Assembly: GCA_963711835.1 (NCBI GenBank)
Contig: CAVQFQ010000008.1
Coordinates: forward strand, 1 to 64,000
Direction: 5' to 3'
Length of the DNA: 64,000 nucleotides
Origin: an uncultured delta proteobacterium
GTDB taxonomy: Bacteria > Desulfobacterota > RBG-13-43-22
The stretch's first letter is position 1, and each line of letters starts with the position of its first letter. Positions 18,100-28,370 of this stretch are shown here, piece after piece. The position numbers and the translations under genes are program-made. The notes below the pieces were generated by a model. That model was not told the origin of the DNA, did no database searches, and saw only the letters and a list, made by a program, of their open reading frames with translations.

Positions 18100-19455
18100 A
18101 TGCATAAAAATCTTAGGATAGGATGGATGGTGCTGATGATAATGCTCCTGGCCGGTACGGTTCCCGAACTTTCGGCCCTGCCTTTGGATAAAGTGGTCGA
18201 AACCGAGTTGGCCAATGGTCTAAAAGTGCTGCTCTTGAACAATGACAAGGCCCCGGTGGTCTCGGTCCAGGTCTGGTATAAAGTCGGGGCAAGGAATGAA
18301 CCCTTCAGTAAGTCGGGGCTGGCCCATCTTACCGAGCACCTCATGTTCCGAGGCACTAAAAAGGTCGGGCCCAAGCTGTATTCCCGGATCATTCAAAAGA
18401 ACGGGGGCCAGGACAATGCTTTTACCAGCCGGGATTACACGGCTTATTATGAAAATGTATCCGCCGACCGGGTCGCCATCCCCCTTGAGCTTGAGGCCGA
18501 CCGAATGACCGGCTTGATCGTGGACGAAGAAAAATTTCTGACGGAAAGAAGCGTTGTCCAGGAAGAGCGCCGTTTACGGGTTAAAGATGATCCGGTAGCC
18601 TCCCTGTTCGAGGAAGTCACCTCAACCTCCTTTAAAAATCATCCCTATCAGCATCCGGTTACCGGCTGGATGGAAGACCTGGAAGGCCTTTCCCACCAGG
18701 ATTTTCTTCAATTTTACCGCACTTTTTATCAGCCGGCCAATGCCACCCTGGTCGTGGTGGGGAAGATTGACCTGAAGACCCTTTTGCCGGCCATTGAAAA
18801 AACGTTTGGCCGGGTCCCCAAAGGACCATCCCCACCTCCGGTCATTATCAAGGAACCTCCCCAGTCGGCCGAGGTCCGGGTCCTCCTCCGCCGTGAGGCC
18901 GAGTTGCCTTATGTGGTCTTCGCCTTTCATGTGCCGTCTTACCCTCACCCGGATGCCTTCGCCCTGGAAATTATGTCCCAGATCCTGGCCGGCGGCAAAA
19001 GTTCCCGGATGTATCAAAAGATGGTTTACGAAGAACAAAAGGTCCTGGAGGTCGGCGCCGATTATCCCTTTAATTCCAGGGATCCTTTTCTATTTTTCCT
19101 CTCTGCCCAAGCCCTGCCCGGGCAGAGTCCGGAGGGAATCGAGGAAAGAATCCTGAAGGAATTGGATACCTGGGAAAAGGATCCCCCTTCCGAGGAAGAA
19201 CTGAGGCGGGCCAAAAACCAGCTCGAAGCCGGATTTATCTTTGCTCAGGATTCGATTTTTTATCAAGGGTTGCTCCTGGGCAAGTATCAAAGTCTGGGGC
19301 AGTGGAAAGGCCTTGATCAATTTCTACCCGGTATACGAGCCGTCACCCAGGAAGACCTTCTTCGTGTCTACCGGACCTATTTCAAAGACAAACCCAAAAC
19401 CGTCGGCTATTTGATTCCGCTCCCTTCGGAACAAAATAGAAACCCCTTAAAGTGA
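18100..19455 (+). CDS. M16 zinc peptidase, catalytic subunit
   Basis: GLAHLTEHLMFRGT (HxxEH), NAFTSRDYT. Confidence 0.93.
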   Translation: MHKNLRIGWMVLMIMLLAGTVPELSALPLDKVVETELANGLKVLLLNNDKAPVVSVQVWYKVGARNEPFSKSGLAHLTEHLMFRGTKKVGPKLYSRIIQKNGGQDNAFTSRDYTAYYENVSADRVAIPLELEADRMTGLIVDEEKFLTERSVVQEERRLRVKDDPVASLFEEVTSTSFKNHPYQHPVTGWMEDLEGLSHQDFLQFYRTFYQPANATLVVVGKIDLKTLLPAIEKTFGRVPKGPSPPPVIIKEPPQSAEVRVLLRREAELPYVVFAFHVPSYPHPDAFALEIMSQILAGGKSSRMYQKMVYEEQKVLEVGADYPFNSRDPFLFFLSAQALPGQSPEGIEERILKELDTWEKDPPSEEELRRAKNQLEAGFIFAQDSIFYQGLLLGKYQSLGQWKGLDQFLPGIRAVTQEDLLRVYRTYFKDKPKTVGYLIPLPSEQNRNPLK

Positions 19456-20801
19456 TTTCCATGATGCTGAAGGTACTCCTTATGATCCTGCTATCTGGTT
19501 TTTCTTTCGCAGCCGGGTCGGCCCAGGTCTGGGCTTCTCCCGCAACGCAGCGAATCACCCTGTCAAATGGATTGAATTTGATCGTCTCCGAGCGCAACCA
19601 ACTGCCGACGATCCATATCCAGGTCCTGGTTCGTGCCGGGGCCTCCTTGGATCAAGCCGACACCCGGGGGCTGGCCAACCTGACGGCCGAGTTACTGCCC
19701 CAAGGGACCCTTAATCGGACCGCTACCCGGATCAGTCGGGACATTGAATCGGTGGGCGGCGCCCTTTCCAGCGCCACCGATCTGGACTACGCCACTATCG
19801 GCTTATCAGTCCTTAAAAAAGACCTGGCCTTAGGACTGGACCTCTTAGCGGATATCCTCCTTCATCCTGTTTTCGATCAGCACGAAATTGAACGGAAGGT
19901 AACGGAACTCAAGGCCCGCATCCAGAGGATGGAGGAAGAACCCCGCCAGATAGCCCGATTGGCCTTTGATAGAAACCTCTTTGGAAACCATCCCTACGCC
20001 TACCCGATTGAAGGATCCCTGAAAACGCTTCCTTCCCTGACCCGTGACCGGATCAAACATTTTTTTGAAACCTATTATCGGCCGAACAACAGTATCCTGG
20101 TTATCGTTGGGGATGTCCGTCAGGAAGAAGCCTCTCAATTGATTCAAGACTATTTGGGAGGCTGGAAATCCGGTCCGATATCACCTCCGGTTTTGGCCCC
20201 TGCTCCTGAACTGACCAGGCCGGTAATCATCAAAATCGACCGTCCCATTTCCCAGGCTAACCTGGTCTGGGGTCATGAAGGGGTGAGTCGTTCCAATCCT
20301 GATTTCTATGCCCTTCAGGTCATGAATTATATCCTGGGAGGCGGGGGCTTTGTTTCCCGCCTGATGGATTCCATCCGGGACAATTTGGGTCTGACCTACG
20401 GCATTTACAGCCATTTTGAAGCCCGGCAGCAGCCGGGCTCCTTTCGAATCGGCCTTCAGACCAAGAATCAGAATGCCAACCAGGCCATTTCGGAGATTCA
20501 AAAAGAGCTGAAAAAATTTCTGGATCAGGGAATAACGCCTACCGAGCTGGCGGAAGCCAAGGCCTACCTCACCGGAAGTTTCCCACTCAAGATGGACACT
20601 AACGGCAAGCTGGTTCAACTTCTGACAGCCATGGAATTTTATGGCCTGGGGCTGGATTATCCGGAAAAATTCCCGGGGCTGATCAACCGGGTAACGGCCG
20701 AGGAGGTCCTGCGGGTGGCCCGGAAATACCTGCATCCGGACCGCTTTCTCTTAGTGGTGGTGGGCAATCAAAAAGAGATTAATTTGAAAGAATCCTGGTA
20801 G
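19452..20801 (+). CDS. M16 peptidase, non-catalytic partner subunit
   Basis: GLANLTAELL (no HxxEH), ILGGGGFVSRL...GLTYGI. Confidence 0.9.
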   Translation: MISMMLKVLLMILLSGFSFAAGSAQVWASPATQRITLSNGLNLIVSERNQLPTIHIQVLVRAGASLDQADTRGLANLTAELLPQGTLNRTATRISRDIESVGGALSSATDLDYATIGLSVLKKDLALGLDLLADILLHPVFDQHEIERKVTELKARIQRMEEEPRQIARLAFDRNLFGNHPYAYPIEGSLKTLPSLTRDRIKHFFETYYRPNNSILVIVGDVRQEEASQLIQDYLGGWKSGPISPPVLAPAPELTRPVIIKIDRPISQANLVWGHEGVSRSNPDFYALQVMNYILGGGGFVSRLMDSIRDNLGLTYGIYSHFEARQQPGSFRIGLQTKNQNANQAISEIQKELKKFLDQGITPTELAEAKAYLTGSFPLKMDTNGKLVQLLTAMEFYGLGLDYPEKFPGLINRVTAEEVLRVARKYLHPDRFLLVVVGNQKEINLKESW

Positions 20802-20802
20802 G

Positions 20803-20918
20803 AAAGCTCACAGAAAAGAAGCTCAAAGCTGATAGCTCAAAGCTCAAGGCGAAAAAGTTCAAAGCTGAAGGCTCAAAGCAAACAAGCTCAAAGCTCAAAG
20901 CTGTTAGCTCTTAGCTCA
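20803..20918 (+). repeat. Orphan 7-nt tandem array
   Basis: aagctcaaagctgatagctcaaagctcaagg... Confidence 0.85.
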
Positions 20919-20935
20919 TCGTTCCCATAATTATT

Positions 20936-21092
20936 GGTATAGTGCCAAAGTTACGTGATTCTCAAACCGAAGGAGTAGCCTCTTAAAATCTTGAATCACC
21001 CCAAAGGGCTTCAGGAGTCTTGATTTCAAGACCCCTGAAGCCCTCGACGAATGGATGGCTTAAAAATCACGTAACCTTGGGACAAGCTCTAA
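20936..21092 (+). mobile_element. MITE-like element, short form
   Basis: Terminal repeats ccaaagttacgtgatt / aatcacgtaaccttgg; homologous to 27111-27445 and 63584-63918 but lacks the inner core. Confidence 0.75.
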
Positions 21093-21713
21093 TTATTGAA
21101 AAAACGGATTAAACCGGCGCTCCTGCCCGATGGTTGTGGCCGGACCGTGACCAGGATAGACCGCCACATCGTCCCCGAGAACGAACAAACGATTTCGAAC
21201 TCCTGAAATCAGAGTATCGTAGTCGCCCCCCGGGAAATCCGTTCTACCGATAGATCCCGCAAATAAGGTATCCCCTACAAAAACAACCTTCGGGGTATAT
21301 AGGGAAATCCCCCCCTCGGAATGCCCCGGGGTATGGATGACCTTTAGGGAGATCGTTCCAAAAACCACTTGGTCGCCGTCTTCCAAAAACCGATCCGGCG
21401 CGGGAGAGTCTTCCACCCGCATGCCCCAGACCGCCGCCATGCGGGACAACTCGGTCAGCAAGGGGGCATCACTTCTATGAATCAGAATCAGGGCCTGGCT
21501 GGCCTCTTTTAAGGCCTTGTTGCCGCCCACGTGATCGAAATGACCGTGGGTATTGACTATATATTTAAGCTCCAGGCTGTTTTTTCGGAGACCGGCCAGG
21601 ATCCTGTTGACTTCGTCTCCCGGGTCGATAACGATCGCTTCCCGTGTCTCTTCGCAGCCGACAATAAAGCAATTGGCCTGGATGGGGCCAACCACCATAG
21701 TCTCAATAACCAT
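21093..21713 (-). CDS. MBL-fold metallo-hydrolase (glyoxalase II-like)
   Basis: THGHFDHVGG, HTPGHS, GDTLF, PGHG. Confidence 0.92.
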   Translation of the reverse strand: MVIETMVVGPIQANCFIVGCEETREAIVIDPGDEVNRILAGLRKNSLELKYIVNTHGHFDHVGGNKALKEASQALILIHRSDAPLLTELSRMAAVWGMRVEDSPAPDRFLEDGDQVVFGTISLKVIHTPGHSEGGISLYTPKVVFVGDTLFAGSIGRTDFPGGDYDTLISGVRNRLFVLGDDVAVYPGHGPATTIGQERRFNPFFQ

Positions 21714-21905
21714 AAAAACCTCCCTAAGAATTACCCCTGATTTCCCCTATTGATCGAAGGACCACTGGATGCAAGACACAGAGATTTTTAGGCCTGTCTC
21801 TTGAACCCTTTCCGCCTTGGCGGACTTGACCCCTGGAATCCTTTTGAATCATCTATAAACCATTCTCGGCCCGACAGGTCAAGTGAAAAAGAAGAACCTA
21901 AAAGG

Positions 21906-21934
21906 TTGACGGAACTCCGTTAAGGGGATATATA
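21906..21934 (+). promoter_or_regulatory. Putative sigma-70 promoter
   Basis: TTGACG-17 nt-TATATA just upstream of mpl. Confidence 0.5.
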
Positions 21935-21941
21935 ACAGCCC

Positions 21942-23387
21942 ATGCTTACCGAAAATCCCGAAAATAACCGCATCCCGGAAAAGATCGAACACATCCATCT
22001 TATGGGGATTTGCGGAACCGGCATGGGGTCTCTGGCGGGCATGCTCAAGGAACAGGGATTCCGCCTTTCCGGATCGGATCAGGCGGTCTATCCGCCCATG
22101 AGCACCTTTCTTTCCGCTTTAGGGATTCCGGTTATGGAGGGCTACGATTCCGCCCATTTAACTCCCCTTCCCGACCTGGTAATCGTGGGCAATGTGATCA
22201 CCCGCAGCAATCCTGAAGCCCAGGAACTGATCCGCCTCGGTTTGCCCTACCTTTCTCTGCCCCAGGCCCTGGCCCACTTCTTTCTTAAGGATCAGTGCAG
22301 CTTAGTCGTGGCCGGCACCCACGGCAAGACCACCACCTCGGCCCTCCTGGCCTCGATCCTGGATCAATCCGGTTTGTCTCCCGGGTTTATGATCGGAGGC
22401 ATCTTGAAAGGCTATGAGCGCAACTACCAGGTGGGCGGCGGCAAATATTTCGTCATCGAAGGGGATGAGTATGATACGGCCTTTTTTGACAAGGGTCCTA
22501 AGCTGCTTCACTACCGGCCCTTCTATGCCGTCTTAACCAGCCTTGAATTTGACCATGCCGACATTTACCCGGATATCAAGACCATTCAGGACGCTTTTGC
22601 CCGTTTCCTGGTCTTGATCCCCAAGGAGGGTTTGCTGGTCGCTTACGGCCCTGAGCCTTGCCTCGCTGAAATCCTTTCGAAAGCCTCCTGCCCTGTTGAA
22701 AGTTACGGCCTGGAAGAGGGCTGGGACTGGTGCCTAGGGGATTTAAAAACCGATCCGACAGGTTCCACCTTTTCCGTCTTCCACCGGGGGGTATTTTTTC
22801 ATTCCTTCCGCACGCCGCTGGCGGGCCGTCATAACGCCCTGAACTGCCTGTCGATCATGCCGATCCTGAACCGTCTGGGTCTTAGTCCGGAGCAAATGGC
22901 CCGGGGGCTGGCCGCCTTTCAGGGGGTCTATCGGCGTCAGGAAGTCCGAGGCATCCAAGCCGGGGTTACCATTGTGGACGACTTCGCCCATCATCCGACG
23001 GCAGTCAGAGAAACCATCCGGGCCATCCGCTCCCAATACCAGAGCCGGCGACTGGTGGCCGTTTTTGAACCCCGGACCAATACCAGCCGGCGCCGGGTTT
23101 TTCAAAACGACTATGCCCGATCTTTTGAGGGTGCCGATCTGATCATCGTCCGCGAACCGCCCGATCTGCTGAAAATTCCGGAGAAGGAGCGGTTTTCTTC
23201 CCTTCAGCTGGTGGAAAATCTTAAAGACCAAGGCCTCAAGGCTTTTTACTTCTCGGATACCGAGGCCATCCTGGATTTCTTATGGGGAGAACTGCGAAGC
23301 GGGGATGTGGTTTTAATCATGTCCAATGGGGGATTTGACCATATTCATGAACGGCTGCTCGTTGGACTGGAAAAGCTTAAAAAATAG
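21942..23387 (+). CDS. mpl: Murein peptide ligase
   Basis: GICGTGMGSLA, AGTHGKTTT, EGDEYDTAFFDK, DDFAHHPT, FEPRTNT, MSNGGF. Confidence 0.92.
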   Translation: MLTENPENNRIPEKIEHIHLMGICGTGMGSLAGMLKEQGFRLSGSDQAVYPPMSTFLSALGIPVMEGYDSAHLTPLPDLVIVGNVITRSNPEAQELIRLGLPYLSLPQALAHFFLKDQCSLVVAGTHGKTTTSALLASILDQSGLSPGFMIGGILKGYERNYQVGGGKYFVIEGDEYDTAFFDKGPKLLHYRPFYAVLTSLEFDHADIYPDIKTIQDAFARFLVLIPKEGLLVAYGPEPCLAEILSKASCPVESYGLEEGWDWCLGDLKTDPTGSTFSVFHRGVFFHSFRTPLAGRHNALNCLSIMPILNRLGLSPEQMARGLAAFQGVYRRQEVRGIQAGVTIVDDFAHHPTAVRETIRAIRSQYQSRRLVAVFEPRTNTSRRRVFQNDYARSFEGADLIIVREPPDLLKIPEKERFSSLQLVENLKDQGLKAFYFSDTEAILDFLWGELRSGDVVLIMSNGGFDHIHERLLVGLEKLKK

Positions 23388-23440
23388 CTCAAAGCTCATG
23401 GCTCATAGCTCAAGGCGTAAGATAGCTCATAGCAGATAGG
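23384..23440 (+). repeat. Orphan 7-nt tandem array overlapping the mpl stop codon
   Basis: aaaTAGctcaaagctcatggctcatagctcaagg. Confidence 0.85.
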
Positions 23441-23474
23441 TAAGATAAATCAAAGACTAAGAAATCAGAAGAAA

Positions 23475-24746
23475 ATGCGCGTTGTCCTAATTGCCCCTTC
23501 AGGGGCCTCCTATGTCTGGCGGAAAAAAAGAACGGCCTTTACCCTGCCGCCCATGGCTTTGCCCCTTCTGGCAGCCGTGACCCCTGCCGGTGTGGCCGTC
23601 AGCTTAGTGGATGAGGCGGTCGAGGATGTTGATCTTAAGCTTGAAGCCGATCTGGTGGGATTCTCGGTTATGACCGCTAACGCCCCACGGGCCTACGCTT
23701 TAGGCGATCATTTTCGCTCCCGGGGAATTAAGGTCGTTATGGGAGGCATCCATCCCTCCAGTTTGCCTGAAGAAGCATTGCAGCATGCCGATGCGGTCGC
23801 TATCGGAGAGGGGGAACCGTTCTGGGCCCAACTTCTAAAGGATGCCGCTCAAAACCGGCTTAAATCCTGCTATCAAAATCCTGCCTTTCCGAGCTTGAAC
23901 GGACCACTATCCTTGCGCTGGGACCTGCTGGCTAAGGATCGCTACTTCATACCCCAGACGGTACAAACCAGCCGGGGTTGCCCGGTAGGCTGCCATTTCT
24001 GCTCGGTCAGCGCTTTTTTTGGGAGAACCTTTCGGAAGAAGGCCATTGACCAGATCCTGGAGGAAATCCGGTCCCTGCCTAAAAAACTGCTTATTTTTGT
24101 AGATGATAATATTGTTGGAGATGCCGAATTTTCTAAACGGCTTTTTGAGGCCATGATTCCCTTGAAGAAAAAATGGGTGGCTCAATCGTCCATAGCGATT
24201 GTGGAAGATCCCGAGCTCTTGGATTTGGCGGCCCGCAGCGGCTGTATCGGGCTGCTGATTGGTTTTGAGTCCATCTCCCGGCAGGTTATTAAACGGATGG
24301 GCAAAGGCATCAATCTACGACACCGATATCAGGAGGCCGTCCGCCGTATCCATGACCGAGGGATTCAGATCCAGGGATCCTTTATCTTTGGCTTTGATGA
24401 GGACACCACGGCCTCTATTGGAGAGACCTTACAATTCGTCCGACAGGTGCGCCTTTCCGGGGCCAACTATTGTCTGCTGACCCCCTACCCGGGCACCCGG
24501 TTGTTTAAGGAATATGCCGATGAGGGAAGGATCCTGAGCCGGGACTGGAGCCGCTATGACCGCAACCACGTGGTCTTTCAACCTAAACATTTTTCTCCGG
24601 ATGAACTCCAGGAAAAGACCCGCTGGGCTTATCAGGAGACGTATAATTGGAAATCCCTCTGGAAAAGAAGACCCCCCGGCTTCCAGCACATCAGTCTTTA
24701 TCTGGCCTTGAACTTCGGCTATTGGCGGGGGGTGAAAAAGCTTTAG
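23475..24746 (+). CDS. B12-binding-domain radical SAM protein
   Basis: MGGIHPS, SRGCPVGCHFC, FVDDNI, TPYPGT. Confidence 0.92.
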   Translation: MRVVLIAPSGASYVWRKKRTAFTLPPMALPLLAAVTPAGVAVSLVDEAVEDVDLKLEADLVGFSVMTANAPRAYALGDHFRSRGIKVVMGGIHPSSLPEEALQHADAVAIGEGEPFWAQLLKDAAQNRLKSCYQNPAFPSLNGPLSLRWDLLAKDRYFIPQTVQTSRGCPVGCHFCSVSAFFGRTFRKKAIDQILEEIRSLPKKLLIFVDDNIVGDAEFSKRLFEAMIPLKKKWVAQSSIAIVEDPELLDLAARSGCIGLLIGFESISRQVIKRMGKGINLRHRYQEAVRRIHDRGIQIQGSFIFGFDEDTTASIGETLQFVRQVRLSGANYCLLTPYPGTRLFKEYADEGRILSRDWSRYDRNHVVFQPKHFSPDELQEKTRWAYQETYNWKSLWKRRPPGFQHISLYLALNFGYWRGVKKL

Positions 24747-24764
24747 GCCGGGATCCCGCCTCTC

Positions 24765-25421
24765 TCATTTATAGATATGATTAAAGAGTTCGTTGGCGAA
24801 TTGAGGATTCAGGGTTTTGAGAAGTTTATATTCCTCCAAGGCCGAGGCCGTATCTTTTAGGGAAAGGTATATCAGCCCGAGGTTAAAGTGAGCCCCGGGG
24901 TCATCCGGTTTGATCCGGATGGCCTGTTTATAGGCCTCTTTGGCTTCAGGGTTTTTTCCCAACTGATACCAGACCGCCCCCAGATTATTATAGGCCTCGG
25001 CATTATCCGGTTTGATTCGGATAGCCTTCTGATAAGCCTCGATCGCTTCCGGATAAAAACCGACCTTATCAAAAGTGAGAGCCAGGTTATAATGGGCCGC
25101 ACCGTCTTCCGGTTTAAGCCGGAGGGCCTCTCTATAGGACTCAATGGCTTCCTGGTATTTATTCGATTCAAAATAAAGATTACCCAACTGGACATAGGCC
25201 CAGCTGTCTTCAGGGTTGGTTTTTATCCGGACTTGGATCGTTTCGATTTTCTTTTCCAGGGTGGGTCGATCCGGGGACCCGGCCGGTGTTTCGGGTTCCT
25301 TGGCCGGGAGGTCTCCAATCACCAAGGCCAAGGGAGATAGGATCAGCAGCAGCCCCAAGAAGAAGGGGCGGAGCCAGGACAGCCGAAGAGGTTTTATGGG
25401 AGGCCGGTTGAATGATTTCAT
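24765..25421 (-). CDS. Tetratricopeptide-repeat protein with N-terminal signal or anchor
   Basis: Four TPR units (AYNNLG...AIRIKPD). Confidence 0.88.
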   Translation of the reverse strand: MKSFNRPPIKPLRLSWLRPFFLGLLLILSPLALVIGDLPAKEPETPAGSPDRPTLEKKIETIQVRIKTNPEDSWAYVQLGNLYFESNKYQEAIESYREALRLKPEDGAAHYNLALTFDKVGFYPEAIEAYQKAIRIKPDNAEAYNNLGAVWYQLGKNPEAKEAYKQAIRIKPDDPGAHFNLGLIYLSLKDTASALEEYKLLKTLNPQFANELFNHIYK

Positions 25422-25820
25422 AGGCTAAAGTGTAGCAAAAAAAAGGGGATCTGTAAAAAAGAAATGATAGCCCGGTAAGAGGTTATTAAGGGTCTCATAA
25501 TAGTCTTGACATGAAATTGAGGAGCTTGCCTTAAATGGGCCCTGGGGGTCGGAGTATTATTTTGGAGACCCTTTCGAAGTAATTCGGATAAGGATAAATT
25601 CAGTGGCGGGATAGGATGAATTTCCCCTTCTGTGCTATGAAGATCAGGTGTATCTGGTGATTTCGATTTCCTGTCCCGGCCGGATAAGGAACCCGGGTCG
25701 GAAGGGATGCGGATTATTTTCTCACGTGGTCCAAAGGTCCCCGTTTCCCGGGCCCGTACCCGGCCCTAACCAGGGTCTTGATTAAGCATTGGCACCCTAA
25801 CCTATAACCGGCACAAGCGC

Positions 25821-26588
25821 ATGAAGATCAACGTTCTCGGCTCCTCAGGATCCGTCGCACCCGGACACAATACGGCCGCTTTTTTAATCGACGACCACCT
25901 GCTTTTGGACGCCGGAACGATCTCGATCTCCTTGGATCAGAAGGCCCAATTCAAGATTACCCACATCTTCCTGACCCACGCCCACCTGGACCATATCAAG
26001 GGAATCCCTTTTTTAATCGATAACTTCGCTATCGGCAAGGAGCGCAGAAGGCTGACCGTCTTAAGCGGCCCGGAGGTTCTCCACGATTTAAAAAAACACA
26101 TCTTTAATAACCGGATCTGGCCCGACTTCACCGCTATCCCCACCCGGGAGCACCCTATATTGCTTTTTCAGGAGCTGTCCACCCGGGGGTTCTTTCCCTT
26201 GGGCAAATACCGGGTCTATACCACCCGAGTCCACCATACGGTCCCCGCTTACGGGTACCTGGTGGAAGATTCCCTGGGAAATGCCTTAGCCTATACCGGC
26301 GATTCCGGGCCGACCGAGAATATCTGGAAACGCTTTCAAGGGCACCGGATCAAGGGCCTGATCGTGGAAGTGTCCTTTCCCAATGCCTTAAAACAATTAG
26401 CCCTTCTCTCCGGTCATCTGACGCCCGGTCTGTTAAAGGAAGAGATTAATAAGATGCCGGTTCTGCCTGAAAAAATCTATATCACCCACCCAAAACCCCT
26501 TTATCGGAAGACTATCGAAAAAGAACTGGCCAGACTGAAGGGGATCCCGCTTGAAATCCTGGAAGACGGGATGAAAATAGTTATCTAA
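25821..26588 (+). CDS. Class II-like 3',5'-cyclic nucleotide phosphodiesterase (MBL fold)
   Basis: LLDAGT, THAHLDHI, HIFNNRIWPDF, EVSFPN, GHLTP. Confidence 0.85.
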   Translation: MKINVLGSSGSVAPGHNTAAFLIDDHLLLDAGTISISLDQKAQFKITHIFLTHAHLDHIKGIPFLIDNFAIGKERRRLTVLSGPEVLHDLKKHIFNNRIWPDFTAIPTREHPILLFQELSTRGFFPLGKYRVYTTRVHHTVPAYGYLVEDSLGNALAYTGDSGPTENIWKRFQGHRIKGLIVEVSFPNALKQLALLSGHLTPGLLKEEINKMPVLPEKIYITHPKPLYRKTIEKELARLKGIPLEILEDGMKIVI

Positions 26589-26633
26589 CCGGCTGCGGAA
26601 AAACGCTCATAATAAAAAGCGTTACCTCTTCCC

Positions 26634-27086
26634 TCAAAGGATCGCCTTTAAATGGCCTTCGATTTCTCCCTTCGGCAAGGCCCCCACCTGGCGCTTGACC
26701 AATTGTCCTGATTTAAAAAAAAGCAAAGTGGGGATGCTTTGAATGGAAAATCGGCCCGCCGTCCCGGGATTTTCATCCACATTCAATTTGGCAAACTTTA
26801 TCCTTCCGGCATATTCCCGGGCCAGTTGGTCCAGGATCGGGGCAACCGTCCGGCAGGGACCGCACCAGGGGGCCCAGCAATCCAGCACCACCGGTTCTCG
26901 AGCCTCAAGAACCTCCCTCTGAAAAGTCCCGTCAGCGACCTCGACCGGATGATCAAAGGTTTTTCCCGGGACAGGCAAAGGCGCCCGGCACTTTCCGCAA
27001 ACAGGACGGTCCTTCAGGCGGCTTCCGGGGAGCCGGTTTTTGGCACCGCATCGGGGACAGGGGATAAGGATCGTTTCGGCAGCCAT
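26634..27086 (-). CDS. trxC: Thioredoxin with N-terminal zinc finger (TrxC type)
   Basis: CPRC...CGKC and WCGPC. Confidence 0.9.
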   Translation of the reverse strand: MAAETILIPCPRCGAKNRLPGSRLKDRPVCGKCRAPLPVPGKTFDHPVEVADGTFQREVLEAREPVVLDCWAPWCGPCRTVAPILDQLAREYAGRIKFAKLNVDENPGTAGRFSIQSIPTLLFFKSGQLVKRQVGALPKGEIEGHLKAIL

Positions 27087-27110
27087 CTTCTTCCTCCGCA
27101 TGGTCTAAGG

Positions 27111-27445
27111 TTAGAGTTTGCCCCAAGGTTATGTGATTTTTAAGCACTCCATTCGTCGCGGGCTTCGGGGGTCTTGATTTCAAGGTTGTCCGAAAGGGTA
27201 TCCATAGCCCCAACCCGGCCCGAATTTCTAAGTTGGTTGGGAGCCGGGCATTCATCCCGCCGAGGCGGGACTTTGGTGTTGGCCTGTTTCTTAACCCCAC
27301 TATAAACTTCCTGCCCGGGTTCAGGCTGCCAGCGTTTTGGCGGACAATCCTTGAAATCAAAACCCCTGAAGCCCTTTGGGGTGATTTAATATTTTAAGAG
27401 GCAACTCCTTCGGTTTGAGAATCACGTAACTTTGGGACTGTCCCG
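27111..27445 (-). mobile_element. MITE-like nested-palindrome element, long form
   Basis: Reverse-complement copy of 63584-63918. Confidence 0.8.
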
Positions 27446-27469
27446 AAGGTTATATAAACCCAAGGTTCA

Positions 27470-28366
27470 TCAGCCTTTATTGACCAGATAAATCCCGGCC
27501 GAAATAAGACCCAGAGAACTCAATAAATACAGGGTGATCGGCTCCTGCAGGATCAGGCTGCTGATAAACACCCCGAAGATGGGGGTCAAAAAAGAAAAAG
27601 CCGCCAGGCTGGTCACGGGATAGATATGGATTAAATAAAACCAGGCCCAGTAGCTGAGAAAAGCCACAATAACGGTTTGGAAAAAAAAGGATAAAAGGAT
27701 GCCGGTATCAAGGTAGCGGATAAATTCCTTTTCCGTAAAAAAACTTATTAATAATAAAACCGGGGCGGAAAACAGCAACTGGTAAAGGAGGGTCTGGAAA
27801 GGACTGCATTTCCGGATTAGAAAATGTTTGATATAAAGGGTGGTGGCCGCCCAACCCAGGGCCGCTAAGACGATGAGGAAGTCCCCGAAAAAAATCAGGC
27901 CGGAGACCTGGGCCAAACCGTCTGAAAAGGCAAAGACCAATCCGATAAAAGCCAGGACCAATCCGATAAAGCGACCCCAGGTCATCCGGTCACCGGGGAT
28001 GAGATAATGGGCCCCTAAGGCCACCCAAAAAGGATGGGTATATAAAAAAATATAGGATCGGGTGGCCAGGGTATAGCGCTGGGCCAGATAAATGAAACAA
28101 AATTCCAGGCCGAAAACAATCCCGACCATGAGGGCATGTATTTTTTTAAAGGAGGGCGGGAAAAGGGGTTCCTTTTTCCAGAGAATCCATAAAAGCATCA
28201 GGAGAGAGGCCCCAGCCGATCTGAGACCGGCCGTAAAGATCGGCTCCATTCCTTGATTGCTGATCTTGATGGCCGCCATATTACCGCCCCAAAGGGCGCA
28301 GAGGACCAGGAGGATGGCCATGGCCTTAAGGTCGAGACGGGTTTTTTGCGGATGGAGGGGAGGCAT
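27470..28366 (-). CDS. DMT/EamA-family transporter
   Basis: About ten transmembrane segments, LWGGN...K, FLTPIFGV...LQEPIT. Confidence 0.9.
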   Translation of the reverse strand: MPPLHPQKTRLDLKAMAILLVLCALWGGNMAAIKISNQGMEPIFTAGLRSAGASLLMLLWILWKKEPLFPPSFKKIHALMVGIVFGLEFCFIYLAQRYTLATRSYIFLYTHPFWVALGAHYLIPGDRMTWGRFIGLVLAFIGLVFAFSDGLAQVSGLIFFGDFLIVLAALGWAATTLYIKHFLIRKCSPFQTLLYQLLFSAPVLLLISFFTEKEFIRYLDTGILLSFFFQTVIVAFLSYWAWFYLIHIYPVTSLAAFSFLTPIFGVFISSLILQEPITLYLLSSLGLISAGIYLVNKG

Positions 28367-28370
28367 ATAT

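Noticed and set aside
25489-25572. Imperfect hairpin gggtctc...gagaccc upstream of the phosphodiesterase
   Set aside because: Single copy with no riboswitch motif I can recognise
26953-27360. ORFs through the palindromic element (also 43051..43971)
   Set aside because: Shared peptide only reflects the DNA repeat; starts and stops are not conserved between copies
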